A DNA stretch of 64,000 nucleotides from an uncultured Kocuria sp. (GCF_947500125.1 NZ_CANMRA010000002.1:150144-214143), one strand, 5' to 3'; shown: positions 40,194 through 50,170, counted from the stretch's first letter. The notes: generated by a model not told the origin, from the letters alone. Numbers and translations: made by a program.

Positions 40194-40931
40194 ATGGCGC
40201 AGAAGGGTTCCGGGAGCACCCCCCACGGACGGTCGGGGAACGGTCACGACGACGACGCACGAGCTCCCCGCCACCCCGGATCCCGGCGCGAGAGCCCCGA
40301 GGTGTACCGGCGCCGCCGGCTCGTGGCGGCCCTCGCGGCGAGCGTGCTGCTCGTGCTCGTGGCCGTGGGGCTGGTCTCGGCCGTCGCGGGCATGCTGGGC
40401 CCCGAGGACACGGGGGACGCCCCGGCCCCGGACGCGGCCACGGCGTCCGCCGCCGCGGCCTCGGAGGAGCCCTTCGCGGACTTCACGCCGCGACCGGACG
40501 AGAGCGCGTCGGCCTCTGCCTCGGCGTCCGCCACGGAGGGCCCGGTCGAGGAGTGCGGCCCCGACCTCGCCGTGCGGGCGTCCACGGACCGGGAGAGCTA
40601 CCCCGAGGACGTGGATCCGGTCCTCGTGCTGACCCTGGAGAACACGGGGGAGGACCCCTGCCGCGTCAACGCGGGCACCTCCCGGATGGTCTACGAGGTG
40701 ACCTCGGGATCGGACACCGTCTTCGACAGCAGGCACTGCCAGGCCGGCTCCGAGGACGCGGAGGTGACGCTGGAGCCCGGGGAGGAGGCGAGCGCCCGGC
40801 TGACGTGGGACCGGGTGCGCACCGCCGAGGACTGCGCGGAGGCGGGGGGCGAGGCCCAGCCCGGCTACTACCGCCTCGTGACCTCCCTCGGGGAGCGCAC
40901 CGCGGACCCGGCGCCGTTCGTCCTGGAGTGA
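40194..40931 (+). CDS. Membrane-anchored extracytoplasmic protein (Rv3587c-like, conserved near mutY/disA)
   Basis: EVYRRRR + TM, Ala-rich linker, beta-rich domain with four Cys. Confidence 0.75.
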   Translation: MAQKGSGSTPHGRSGNGHDDDARAPRHPGSRRESPEVYRRRRLVAALAASVLLVLVAVGLVSAVAGMLGPEDTGDAPAPDAATASAAAASEEPFADFTPRPDESASASASASATEGPVEECGPDLAVRASTDRESYPEDVDPVLVLTLENTGEDPCRVNAGTSRMVYEVTSGSDTVFDSRHCQAGSEDAEVTLEPGEEASARLTWDRVRTAEDCAEAGGEAQPGYYRLVTSLGERTADPAPFVLE

Positions 40932-40947
40932 GCGCGCCGCGCGCGGC

Positions 40948-42030
40948 TCACATGAAGCGTTCGAGCAGGCTGGTCTCGGCCATCCGGGAGAGGGACTCGC
41001 GCACCGTGCGGGCCCGCTGCTCGCCGATGCCCTCGACCGCCTTGAGGTCCTCGAGGTTGGCGGCCATCAGGGACTGCAGGCCGTCGAACTGGCGCACCAG
41101 CCGGTTGGCCACCGCCCGCGGCATCGACTTGATGCCCTCCAGCAGCCGGTAGCCGTGCGGGTGCAGGTCCGTCTCGAGGCTGCCCTGCGGCTCGACCAGG
41201 CCCACCGACACCGCGATCCGCTGCAGGTCGATGAGCTCCGTGGGGGTGAGCTCGGCGAGGCGCCCCAGCCCCTCCTCGATGCCCTCCACGGGGGTGCCGT
41301 CGGGCAGGTAGTCGCGCAGCACCACGTCCGGCCCCGGTCCGGTGCCCGCGGTGAGCTCCTCGAGCTGCAGGGCGATGAGCCGCCCGTCCACGCCGAGCTC
41401 GAGGACGTACCAGCCGATCTCGGAGGAGATCCGCCGGACCATCTCCATGCGCTGGAGGGTCAGGGCCACGTCCCGCACGGTCACGGACGCCTCGATCTCG
41501 AGCGAGGAGAGGTTGCCCAGCACCTGCTCCATCCGGTGGCTGTAGTGCTCGAGGGTCTGCAGGGCCTGGTTGGCCCGGGCCATGATCGACTGGGAGCCCT
41601 CGATGGCGTAGCGGGTCTCGCCCACGTAGATCGTGATGACGCTCATGGACTGGCTCACCGAGATCACCGGCACCCCGGTCTCCTTGGCGGTGCGCTCCGC
41701 GGACCGGTGACGGGTGCCGGACTCCGTGGTGCCGATCGAGGGGTCGGGCACCAGCTGGACCCCGGCCTTGAGGATGCGGGTGGCGTCCCGGTCGCAGATG
41801 ATGGCCCCGTCCATCTTGGCCAGTTCCCTCAGCTTGGGCGCGGAGCAGTCGGTGTCGATGTCGAAGCCGCCGGAGCAGATGGCCTCGACGGAGCGATCGA
41901 AGCCGAGGACGATGAGCCCGCCGGTGCGCCCGCGCAGGATCCGCTCGAGACCGGTGCGCAGCTCGGTGCCGGGCGCGATCCGGGCCAGCGTCTTGCGCAG
42001 TGCGTTCTCAGGGGTCTTCGCCACGCTCAC
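40948..42030 (-). CDS. disA: DNA integrity scanning diadenylate cyclase DisA
   Basis: DGA and RHR DAC motifs intact; C-terminal HhH (VEGIGEQRAR). Confidence 0.96.
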   Translation of the reverse strand: MSVAKTPENALRKTLARIAPGTELRTGLERILRGRTGGLIVLGFDRSVEAICSGGFDIDTDCSAPKLRELAKMDGAIICDRDATRILKAGVQLVPDPSIGTTESGTRHRSAERTAKETGVPVISVSQSMSVITIYVGETRYAIEGSQSIMARANQALQTLEHYSHRMEQVLGNLSSLEIEASVTVRDVALTLQRMEMVRRISSEIGWYVLELGVDGRLIALQLEELTAGTGPGPDVVLRDYLPDGTPVEGIEEGLGRLAELTPTELIDLQRIAVSVGLVEPQGSLETDLHPHGYRLLEGIKSMPRAVANRLVRQFDGLQSLMAANLEDLKAVEGIGEQRARTVRESLSRMAETSLLERFM

Positions 42031-42031
42031 A

Positions 42032-43459
42032 TCATACGGCCGCGGCGGTCTGCCGCCTCCGGGCGGGCGCGGCGGCGGAGGGCGGGAAGAGCAGCTCCAT
42101 GGCGTCGCTGATCGTGGTCACCTCCCGGACGGTGAAACCCGCCGGGATCGCCCCCGGTCCCGTGGGGCTCGCGGGCACGACCGCGTGGGTGAAGCCCAGC
42201 CGGGCGACCTCCTGGATGCGGCGCCCGATGCCCGGGACGGGCCGCACCTCGCCCGCCAGGCCCACCTCACCGAAGCACACCAGGCGCTGCGGCAGGGGCC
42301 GGTCCTGCGCGGCCGAGGCCAGCGCCATGGCCACGGCGAGGTCCGTGGAGGGCTCGGTGAGCTTCACGCCGCCGACCGTGGAGACGTAGCAGTCCAGCCC
42401 GGCCAGGTTCACACCGGCCCGCCGCTGCAGGACGGCGAGCAGCATGGCCACCCTCGAGGAGTCGAGGCCGGCGGTGGCCCGCCGGGGCTGGGCGGTGGAG
42501 GAGCGGTCCAGCAGCGCCTGCACCTCGGCGAGCAGGGGGCGGCGGCCCTCGAGGGTCACCGTGAGGCAGGTGCCGGACACCGGCATGGCCGTGCGGGAGA
42601 CGAACAGGCCCGAGGGGTCCTCCACGCTCGTGATCCCGGTCTCGGTGAGGTCGAAGCAGCCGACCTCGTCCGTGGGGCCGTAGCGGTTCTTGACCGCCCG
42701 GAGCAACCGGATCCGGGAGTGCTTCTCGCCCTCGAACTGGCACACGACGTCGACCAGGTGCTCGAGCAGCCGCGGTCCGGCGATCGAGCCGTCCTTGGTC
42801 ACGTGGCCCACCAGCAGCGTGGTCATGTTCCGTTTCTTGGCCGCGGCGATCAGGGAGGCCGCGACCTCGCGGACCTGCGTCACCCCGCCCGCCGAGCCCT
42901 CGACCTCGGCGCTGGCCAGCGTCTGCACGGAGTCGACCACGAGCAGGCGGGGGGAGATCGTCTCGATGTGGCCCAGCGCCGTGGCCAGGTCCGTCTCGGC
43001 GGTGAGGTACAGGGTGGGCGCCACGGCGTCGATCCGGTCCGCGCGCAGCTTCACCTGCGCGGCGGACTCCTCGCCCGTGACGTAGAGGACGTCGCGGGTG
43101 CCCTCGCCCGTGCCCTCCGCGAAGCGCGCGGCGACGTCGAGCAGCAGCGTCGACTTCCCGACCCCGGGCTCGCCCGCCATCAGCACGACCGCGCCGGGGA
43201 CGAGTCCGCCGCCGAGGACGCGGTCCAGCTCGGGCACCCCGGTGGGCGCCGAGGTCGCCACGGTGGCGTCCACCTGGGCGATGGGGCGGGCGGGCTCGGC
43301 GATCGACCGGGCGGCCGTGGTGCGGGCCTTGTGCTCGCCGATCTCCTCGACCGTGCCCCACGCCTGGCACTCCCCGCACCGGCCCACCCACTTGGCCGTG
43401 CTCCAGCCGCACTCGGTGCAGCGGTAGGCGGGGGAGTTGCGGCGGGTGCGGGTGCTCAT
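42032..43459 (-). CDS. radA: DNA repair protein RadA/Sms
   Basis: C4 zinc finger, GEPGVGKST, VVDSVQT, KNRYG, Lon-like C-terminus; ATG 7 nt after TAGCCT. Confidence 0.97.
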   Translation of the reverse strand: MSTRTRRNSPAYRCTECGWSTAKWVGRCGECQAWGTVEEIGEHKARTTAARSIAEPARPIAQVDATVATSAPTGVPELDRVLGGGLVPGAVVLMAGEPGVGKSTLLLDVAARFAEGTGEGTRDVLYVTGEESAAQVKLRADRIDAVAPTLYLTAETDLATALGHIETISPRLLVVDSVQTLASAEVEGSAGGVTQVREVAASLIAAAKKRNMTTLLVGHVTKDGSIAGPRLLEHLVDVVCQFEGEKHSRIRLLRAVKNRYGPTDEVGCFDLTETGITSVEDPSGLFVSRTAMPVSGTCLTVTLEGRRPLLAEVQALLDRSSTAQPRRATAGLDSSRVAMLLAVLQRRAGVNLAGLDCYVSTVGGVKLTEPSTDLAVAMALASAAQDRPLPQRLVCFGEVGLAGEVRPVPGIGRRIQEVARLGFTHAVVPASPTGPGAIPAGFTVREVTTISDAMELLFPPSAAAPARRRQTAAAV

Positions 43460-43508
43460 GGCGTCCAGGCTAGCCGTCGCGTCGGACGGCCCAAGCGCCG
43501 CGGCCGGC

Positions 43509-43895
43509 TCAGCGCAGGTCGAGGAAGGCGCGCAGCTCCGCGAACGCCTCGGGCACCACGGAGTAGTGCGCCCACTTGCCCCGCTGCTCCCGGGTGAGCA
43601 GCCCGGCGTCGACGAGCTTCTTCATGTGGTGGCTGACCGTGGGCTGGCTGATCCCGAGGTCGTCGGTGAGGCTGCACACGCACACGGTCTCGCAGCCCTG
43701 CGCGGCCACGTGGGAGAGCAGGCGCAGCCGGGTGGGGTCGGCGAGGGCCTTGAGCAGGCCCGCCACGCGCTGGGCGTCGTCGGGACCCATGGGCCCGCCC
43801 GAGAGCGAGCAGCACTCCGTGGCCGGTGCGCCGGGGGCGCACCGGTCGGCGGTCCGGGCGGTGACCGTGCTGTCGAGGTCCGGCGCGATAGTCAT
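43509..43895 (-). CDS. arsR: ArsR/SmtB-family As(III)-responsive repressor
   Basis: N-terminal CC pair, KALADPTRLRL, CVC, ISQPTVSHHMKKL; divergent from acr3. Confidence 0.92.
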   Translation of the reverse strand: MTIAPDLDSTVTARTADRCAPGAPATECCSLSGGPMGPDDAQRVAGLLKALADPTRLRLLSHVAAQGCETVCVCSLTDDLGISQPTVSHHMKKLVDAGLLTREQRGKWAHYSVVPEAFAELRAFLDLR

Positions 43896-43901
43896 GGCCC
43901 C

Positions 43902-43959
43902 ATCCTACATTGACGACTGTCGATGCGACACGTACTGTGCGGAATAGATGTCCGTCGAT
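43902..43959. promoter_or_regulatory. Divergent ars promoters with two ArsR-type operator boxes
   Basis: ATTGAC-N4-GTCGAT (43909-43924), ATAGAT-N4-GTCGAT (43944-43959); TTGACG-N17-TACTGT (43910-43938, plus); TAGGAT (minus, 43902-43907) 6 nt before arsR ATG. Confidence 0.7.
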
Positions 43960-43979
43960 ACGAAGAGGTCTCCCCGCCC

Positions 43980-45074
43980 ATGAGCAGCACCACCACCGCC
44001 CCCGCCGCCCATCAGGGGGTGATGAAGGACCTGTCCTTCCTCGACCGCTGGCTGCCCGTCTGGATCATCGCGGCCATGGTCGCCGGTCTCCTGCTGGGTC
44101 GCTTCGTCCCGGGCCTGGACACCGCCCTGGAGGCCGTGCGGATCGGGGAGGTGTCCCTGCCGATCGCGATCGGGCTGCTGGTGATGATGTACCCGGTGCT
44201 GGCCAAGGTGCGCTACGACGAGACCCGCCGGATCACCGCCGACCGGCGGCTCATGGGCGCCTCCCTGGCGCTGAACTGGATCGTGGGCCCCGCCCTGATG
44301 TTCGCCCTGGCCTGGATCTTCCTGCCCGACCTCCCGGAGTACCGGACCGGGCTCATCATCGTGGGCCTCGCCCGCTGCATCGCGATGGTCCTGATCTGGA
44401 ACGACCTCGCCTGCGGGGACCGGGAGGCGGCGGCCGTCCTGGTCGCGATCAACTCCGTCTTCCAGGTCATCGCCTTCGGCGCCCTGGGCTGGTTCTACCT
44501 CCAGGTCCTGCCCGCCTGGCTGGGCCTGCCGACCACCTCGGCCGAGTTCTCGGTCTGGTCGATCGTGCTGAGCGTCCTGGTGTTCCTGGGCATCCCGCTG
44601 GCGGCCGGGTTCCTCACCCGCACCCTGGGCGAGAAGGCCAAGGGGCGGGAGTGGTACGAGGGCACGTTCCTGCCGAAGCTGGGCCCCTGGGCGCTCTACG
44701 GCCTGCTGTTCACCATCGTGCTGCTCTTCGCCCTGCAGGGCGACGCCATCACCTCGAACCCGTGGGACGTCGCCCGGATTGCGCTGCCCCTCGTCGTCTA
44801 CTTCTTCCTCATGTTCGGCGTGGCGCTGCTGGCCTCCAGGGCGCTGGGGCTGAACTACGCGAAGTCCACCACCGTGGCGTTCACCGCCGCCGGCAACAAC
44901 TTCGAGCTCGCCATCGCCGTGGCCATCGGCACCTTCGGGGTCACCTCCGGCCAGGCCCTGGCCGGCGTCGTCGGCCCGCTCATCGAGGTCCCGGTCCTGG
45001 TCGGCCTGGTCTACGTGTCCCTGTGGGCCGGGCGCGCGCTCTTCCCCGGCGACCGCACCGTCCCGACCCACTGA
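43980..45074 (+). CDS. acr3: Arsenite efflux permease Acr3
   Basis: [39 protein letters not shown]. Confidence 0.95.
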   Translation: MSSTTTAPAAHQGVMKDLSFLDRWLPVWIIAAMVAGLLLGRFVPGLDTALEAVRIGEVSLPIAIGLLVMMYPVLAKVRYDETRRITADRRLMGASLALNWIVGPALMFALAWIFLPDLPEYRTGLIIVGLARCIAMVLIWNDLACGDREAAAVLVAINSVFQVIAFGALGWFYLQVLPAWLGLPTTSAEFSVWSIVLSVLVFLGIPLAAGFLTRTLGEKAKGREWYEGTFLPKLGPWALYGLLFTIVLLFALQGDAITSNPWDVARIALPLVVYFFLMFGVALLASRALGLNYAKSTTVAFTAAGNNFELAIAVAIGTFGVTSGQALAGVVGPLIEVPVLVGLVYVSLWAGRALFPGDRTVPTH

Positions 45075-45117
45075 CCCGACCCCGTCCCCGGACCACCCAC
45101 CCGTCCCAGGAGCCCCG

Positions 45118-45954
45118 ATGACCAGCACCCAGCCCTCCGTCCTGTTCGTGTGCGCCAAGAACGGCGGCAAGTCCCAGATGGCCGCCGCCCTCATGGACCA
45201 CCACGCCCGCGGGGCCGTGGCGGTCCACTCCGCCGGCACCCGGCCCGGAACCAAGATCAACGCCCTGTCCGCCGAGGTCGTCGCCGAGCTCGGCGCCGAC
45301 ATGTCCTCCGGTCACCCGAAGCCCATCGACCCCGAGCTGCTGCGCACCGTGGACCGCGTCGTGGTCCTGGGGGACGAGGCGCAGGTCGAGCCGGTCGAGG
45401 GGATGACCGGGAGCATCGAGACCTGGCACACCGACGAGCCCTCCACCCGGGGCATCGAGGGCGCCGAGCGGATGCGCCTGGTCCGCGACGACATCGACAC
45501 CCGGGTCCGGCGGCTGCTGCACGAGCTGACGGAGACCGCCGGGCCCCGGATCGAGGTGTTCGAACCAGCGCTGTGCTGCAGCACCGGCGTGTGCGGCCCC
45601 GACGTGGACCAGGCCCTCGTCGAGTTCACCGCCGACCTCGAGCACCTGCGCTCCCGCGGCGTGGACATCACCCGGCACAACCTCGCCCACGACCCCCAGG
45701 CGTTCGCCGGAACGCCGGTGGTCAGCGACTTCCTGCGCGTGGCCGGCTCCGCCGGGCTGCCCCTGGTGCTGGTGGACGGGGTCACCGTGGCCACCGGCGC
45801 CTACCCGGACCGGGCCCGCCTGGCATTCCTGGCCGGCCTGAGCGCCCCGGTGCCGGCGGCCGGGGCGCGCCCGGACCTGGGACTGAGCGCCGCGGCCGGT
45901 GCGGACCCCACCGAGGACTCCGCCGGGTGCTGCGGCTCCACCGGCTGCTGCTGA
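45118..45954 (+). CDS. Fusion: mycothiol-type arsenate reductase (ArsC, CX5K) + ArsD metallochaperone
   Basis: N-domain [37 protein letters not shown]; C-domain [36 protein letters not shown]; single open frame. Confidence 0.88.
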   Translation: MTSTQPSVLFVCAKNGGKSQMAAALMDHHARGAVAVHSAGTRPGTKINALSAEVVAELGADMSSGHPKPIDPELLRTVDRVVVLGDEAQVEPVEGMTGSIETWHTDEPSTRGIEGAERMRLVRDDIDTRVRRLLHELTETAGPRIEVFEPALCCSTGVCGPDVDQALVEFTADLEHLRSRGVDITRHNLAHDPQAFAGTPVVSDFLRVAGSAGLPLVLVDGVTVATGAYPDRARLAFLAGLSAPVPAAGARPDLGLSAAAGADPTEDSAGCCGSTGCC

Positions 45955-45961
45955 GCGCACG

Positions 45962-47752
45962 ATGACCGACCACGCCGTCCTGCGGAGAGCGAGCACCGTG
46001 CAGTTCCTCGACCACGCCCCCCGTTTCCTGTTCTTCACCGGGAAGGGCGGCGTGGGCAAGACCTCCATCGCCTGTGCCGCCGCCGTGCACCTGGCCGGCG
46101 CGGGCCGGCGGGTGCTGCTGGTGAGCACCGATCCGGCCTCCAACGTGGGGCAGGTCTTCGGGGTGCGCATCGGCAACACGATCACCGCGATCCCTGCGGT
46201 CCCCGGCCTCGAGGCGCTGGAGATCGACCCGGAGCAGGCCGCCGAGGCCTACCGGGAGAAGATCGTCGCCCCGGTCCGCGGCCTGCTGCCCGAGGCGGAG
46301 ATCGCCTCGATCACCGAGCAGCTCTCCGGGGCGTGCACCACCGAGATCGCGTCCTTCGACGAGTTCACCGGGATCCTGGCCGACGGGACGATCGGCGAGC
46401 GCTACGACCACGTCCTGTTCGACACCGCCCCCACCGGGCACACCGTCCGGCTCCTGCAGCTGCCCGGGGACTGGACGTCCTTCCTCGACGCCGGCAAGGG
46501 CGACGCCTCCTGCCTGGGACCGCTCTCGGGCCTCGAGAAGCAGCGCAGCACGTATGCCGCCGCGGTGGCAGCCCTCGCCGATCCGGCCCGCACCCGGCTG
46601 GTGCTGGTGGCCCGCGCCCAGGAGTCCGGCCTGGCCGAGGTCGCGCGCACGCACGAGGAGCTGGCGCGGATCGGGATGACCCGGCAGCACCTCGTGGTCA
46701 ACGGCCTGATGCCCGCCGGGGAGGACCCTCTCGTCGTCGCGGTGCGCGCCCGCGAGCAGGCCGCCCTCGCCGGGCTGCCCGAGGTCCTCGCCGGCCTGCC
46801 GCGGGACGAGGTGGCCCTGCGCCCGCAGAACATGGTGGGACTGGACGCCCTGCGGTCCCTGCTGGCCGACGACGGCGCCCCGGAGCCGGCGGCGTCCACC
46901 CCGCCCGCGGAGCTCGACCTGCCGGGGCTGGAGAGCCTGGTCGACGAGCTCGCCGCTCAGGACCACGGGCTGGTGATGTGCATGGGCAAGGGCGGGGTCG
47001 GCAAGACCACCGTGGCCGCGGCCGTCGCCGTGGCCCTGGCCCACCGCGGCCACGACGTCCTCCTGACGACCACCGATCCGGCGGCCCACCTCTCCGAGAC
47101 CCTGGCCGGGGAGGTCGAGCACCTCACCGTCTCGCGGATCGACCCCGAGCAGGCCGTCGCCGCCTACCGCAGCCGGGTGCTGGCGTCCACGGGGAGGAAC
47201 CTGGACGAGACCGGCCGCGCGCAGCTGGCCGAGGACCTGCTGTCCCCGTGCACCGAGGAGGTTGCGGTCTTCCACGAGTTCTCCCGGGCGGTCAACGAGT
47301 CCCGCCGCCGCTTCGTGGTCATGGACACCGCCCCCACCGGGCACACCCTCCTGCTGCTGGACGCCACCGGCTCCTACCACCGGGAGGTCGCCCGCAGCAT
47401 GGGCGAGGGGCTCTCCTACGCCACCCCGCTGATGCGCCTGCAGGACCCGGAGCTGACCAAGCTGGTGCTCGTCACCCTGGCGGAGACCACGCCCGTGCTG
47501 GAGGCGACCCGGCTGCAGGAGGACCTGGAACGGGCCGACCTGCACCCCTGGGCGTGGGTGGTCAACCACTCCGTGGCCGCCACCGCCCCCGGCTCCGCGT
47601 TCCTGCGCGCCCGCGCCCATGCCGAGCTCGAGCAGATCCGCGCCGTCCAGGACCTGGCCCCGCGGATCGCCGTGATCCCGCTGCTGGCCGAGGAGCCGGT
47701 GGGCGAGACCGCCCTGGCCGAGCTCGCCGACCCCGCGCGGGTCCGGTCCTGA
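45962..47752 (+). CDS. arsA: Arsenical pump-driving ATPase
   Basis: Two GKGGVGKT and two DTAPTGHT motifs; SGACTTE, ASCLGP, LSPCTEE metalloid-site Cys; alternative start GTG 45998. Confidence 0.95.
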   Translation: MTDHAVLRRASTVQFLDHAPRFLFFTGKGGVGKTSIACAAAVHLAGAGRRVLLVSTDPASNVGQVFGVRIGNTITAIPAVPGLEALEIDPEQAAEAYREKIVAPVRGLLPEAEIASITEQLSGACTTEIASFDEFTGILADGTIGERYDHVLFDTAPTGHTVRLLQLPGDWTSFLDAGKGDASCLGPLSGLEKQRSTYAAAVAALADPARTRLVLVARAQESGLAEVARTHEELARIGMTRQHLVVNGLMPAGEDPLVVAVRAREQAALAGLPEVLAGLPRDEVALRPQNMVGLDALRSLLADDGAPEPAASTPPAELDLPGLESLVDELAAQDHGLVMCMGKGGVGKTTVAAAVAVALAHRGHDVLLTTTDPAAHLSETLAGEVEHLTVSRIDPEQAVAAYRSRVLASTGRNLDETGRAQLAEDLLSPCTEEVAVFHEFSRAVNESRRRFVVMDTAPTGHTLLLLDATGSYHREVARSMGEGLSYATPLMRLQDPELTKLVLVTLAETTPVLEATRLQEDLERADLHPWAWVVNHSVAATAPGSAFLRARAHAELEQIRAVQDLAPRIAVIPLLAEEPVGETALAELADPARVRS

Positions 47753-47798
47753 AACACCGGTCCACCATCCTCCCTCCCACAGAACGGACACCCGATCC

Positions 47799-48239
47799 AT
47801 GAGCACCGAGACCACCCGGCCCAGCGTCCTGTTCGTGTGCGTGCACAACGCCGGGCGCTCGCAGATGGCCGCCGCCTATCTGACCCACCTCTCCCGCGGG
47901 CGCATCGAGGTGCGCTCGGCCGGCTCCGCCCCCGCTGACGCGGTGAACCCGGCCGCCGTCGAGGCGATGGCCGAGGAGGGCATCGACATGAGCGCCGAGA
48001 TCCCCAAGGTCCTCACCGACGAGGCGGTGCAGGACTCCGACGTGGTCATCACGATGGGCTGCGGCGACGCCTGCCCGTTCTACCCGGGCAAACGGTACGA
48101 GGACTGGGAGCTCGCGGACCCGGCCGGGAAGGGCGTGGCGTCCGTGCGCCCCATCCGGGACGAGATCAAGGCCCGGATCCAGCAGCTGATCGGGGAGCTG
48201 CTGCCCGGCGAGAACCTCCAGCAGGAAGGCCGGTCATGA
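47799..48239 (+). CDS. arsC: Arsenate reductase, LMW-PTP fold, thioredoxin-type
   Basis: CVHNAGRSQMA P-loop, MGCGDAC, WELADP. Confidence 0.9.
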   Translation: MSTETTRPSVLFVCVHNAGRSQMAAAYLTHLSRGRIEVRSAGSAPADAVNPAAVEAMAEEGIDMSAEIPKVLTDEAVQDSDVVITMGCGDACPFYPGKRYEDWELADPAGKGVASVRPIRDEIKARIQQLIGELLPGENLQQEGRS

Positions 48240-48865
48240 CTCGGTCCGCCGAGAACCTGGACACCCACGTCCTCCAGCGCACCGCCGCGCACCTGGCCGA
48301 GCGCTACGAGGGGATCTTCTCCCCGGAGACGGTCGAGCGCTACGTGTTCGAGTCGTACACGACGCTCTCGCGCACCGCGCGGCTCCGCACCCACCTGGCC
48401 ACCCTGGCCGGGCACTTCGCCGACGACCGGCTCCGGGCCCTCGCCCAGTCCCAGGGCAGGATCGACTCCCCGGTCCCGCAGGTGCTGTTCGTGTGCGTGC
48501 ACAACGTCGGCCGCTCCCAGATCGCCGCGGCCCTGCTGGGGCACTACGCCGGGGACGGCGTGGAGGTCCGCTCGGCCGGCTCCCTGCCGGGCTCCGAGAT
48601 CCACCCCCTCGTGGTGGCGGAGCTCGCGGAGCGCGGGATCGACCTGTCCGGGGCGTATCCGAAGCCGTTGACGGACGACGTGGTGCGGGCGGCCGACTAC
48701 GTGATCACCATGGGCTGCGGGGACGCCTGCCCGGTGTACCCGGGCAAGCGGTACCTGGACTGGGGCATCGCCGACCCCTCGCAGGAGAGCCCGGAAGGGG
48801 TCCGGGAGATCGTCGACGCCGTCGACGCGCGCGTGCGGGCTCTCTGGGACGAGCTCCGTCCGTGA
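48236..48865 (+). CDS. arsC: Arsenate reductase with N-terminal helical extension (ArsC1'-like)
   Basis: N-terminal helical domain (IFSPETVERYVFESY..HFADDRL), CVHNVGRSQ, MGCGDAC. Confidence 0.85.
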   Translation: MTRSAENLDTHVLQRTAAHLAERYEGIFSPETVERYVFESYTTLSRTARLRTHLATLAGHFADDRLRALAQSQGRIDSPVPQVLFVCVHNVGRSQIAAALLGHYAGDGVEVRSAGSLPGSEIHPLVVAELAERGIDLSGAYPKPLTDDVVRAADYVITMGCGDACPVYPGKRYLDWGIADPSQESPEGVREIVDAVDARVRALWDELRP

Positions 48866-48899
48866 CCCGCTTGCCCTGCAGGGCCGGCCGGGACGGCCC

Positions 48900-50048
48900 T
48901 CAGGCGCGGTCCCAGCCCTCGAGCCGGGGCAGCTGGTCGCGGGCCTCGTCGTGCGTCATCCCGGCGGCCTCCAGCAGGTCCACGACCATCGGGCGCATGT
49001 CCAGCACCAGGGTCTCGCCCTCCATGGTGCGCACCCCCATCGGTCCGGGGTGCAGGCGCCCGGCCACGTTCGCCAGCTCGTTGCGCGCCTGGCGCAGATA
49101 GCTCTCCCGGGACCCGGGGGAGGCCACCGCGAGCGCGTTGCCCAGGGTGGTGACGGCGTCCGCGAGGTCCTCGAGGGCTTCGCTCATGGCGGCCACGGCC
49201 TCGTCCGAGAGCGTCACGTGGTTGAGCACGGAGGCCAGCCGGCGGGCGAGGACCCGGGCGTTGCGCACGGCGAGGTCCAGGTAGCGGATGGAGTGGGCGA
49301 TCCCCTCGATCTCCGCGCGGCGGCCGCGGTACAGCGGCGAGGCCGTGGCGATCTCGAGGGCGGACTTCAGACCCGAGGTCACCGAGTCCACGAGCGGCTG
49401 GGTCTGGCGGGCCCGCACGAGGGCGTGCCACGCGGCGGTGGCGTCGTACTCCTCCATGGCCCGGCTCGCCTCCCGGAGCACCCCGGAGAACTCGTCGACG
49501 AGCGCGCGCAGCCCCTGGCGCGGCTGGCTCCGCGGGTCCGTGGGCACGAAGTAGGCCATGGCCAGGGCGCAGAGACCGCCCACGACCGCGTCCGTGGAGC
49601 GGGCGAAGACCCCGTCCTGGGACGGTGGCAGCAGGACCACGAGCACGGACTGCAGCCCCATCTGGGTGGTGAACAGCGTGCCGTTGTCCAGGAAGCGGGC
49701 GAGCAGGATCGAGGTCATGAGGACCACGCCGGCCTGCCACACGCCCGTGCCCAGGACGTGGATCAGGGTGTCCCCCACGGCGATGCCGAGGGTGCAGCCG
49801 ATCGAGACCTCGAGGACCCGCCGGTAGCGCAGCCCGTCCTTCGCGAAGCCCAGGGCCACGAGGGCCGCCGTGGCCGCGAAGATGGGCCCGGAGTGGCCCA
49901 GCAGCTGCTCGGCGATCAGGTAGGCCCCGACACTGGCCACCGTGATCTGGAAGCTCTGGAGCACGCCCGTGCGGACCCGCGTGAGGCCGACCCGGGTGCG
50001 GCTGCGCACCGCGCGGGTCGCGGCTCGCGCACGGTTGCCTGGCTGCAT
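48900..50048 (-). CDS. FUSC/aromatic acid exporter family membrane protein
   Basis: GHSGPIFAATAALVALG, five-six TMs then helical cytoplasmic domain; ATG 6 nt after TAGGAT. Confidence 0.85.
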   Translation of the reverse strand: MQPGNRARAATRAVRSRTRVGLTRVRTGVLQSFQITVASVGAYLIAEQLLGHSGPIFAATAALVALGFAKDGLRYRRVLEVSIGCTLGIAVGDTLIHVLGTGVWQAGVVLMTSILLARFLDNGTLFTTQMGLQSVLVVLLPPSQDGVFARSTDAVVGGLCALAMAYFVPTDPRSQPRQGLRALVDEFSGVLREASRAMEEYDATAAWHALVRARQTQPLVDSVTSGLKSALEIATASPLYRGRRAEIEGIAHSIRYLDLAVRNARVLARRLASVLNHVTLSDEAVAAMSEALEDLADAVTTLGNALAVASPGSRESYLRQARNELANVAGRLHPGPMGVRTMEGETLVLDMRPMVVDLLEAAGMTHDEARDQLPRLEGWDRA

Positions 50049-50170
50049 GGGGCCATCCTAGGCGAGCGGCACGGGGCCGCCGGCGCGGGGAGCGGCCCCC
50101 GCCGCGCCGGCCCGGAAACCTGCCGGTCGCCGTGTGAGATGCGTGACGCCGCCGGGGTTCCGAGGCGCCT

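Noticed and set aside
43460-48899. Transposon boundaries around the ars cluster
   Set aside because: No transposase, terminal inverted repeats or target duplication visible by eye.
50133-50148. CRP/GlxR site TGTGA-N6-TGACG upstream of pstS
   Set aside because: Second half-site matches only 3/5; too weak to list as a feature.
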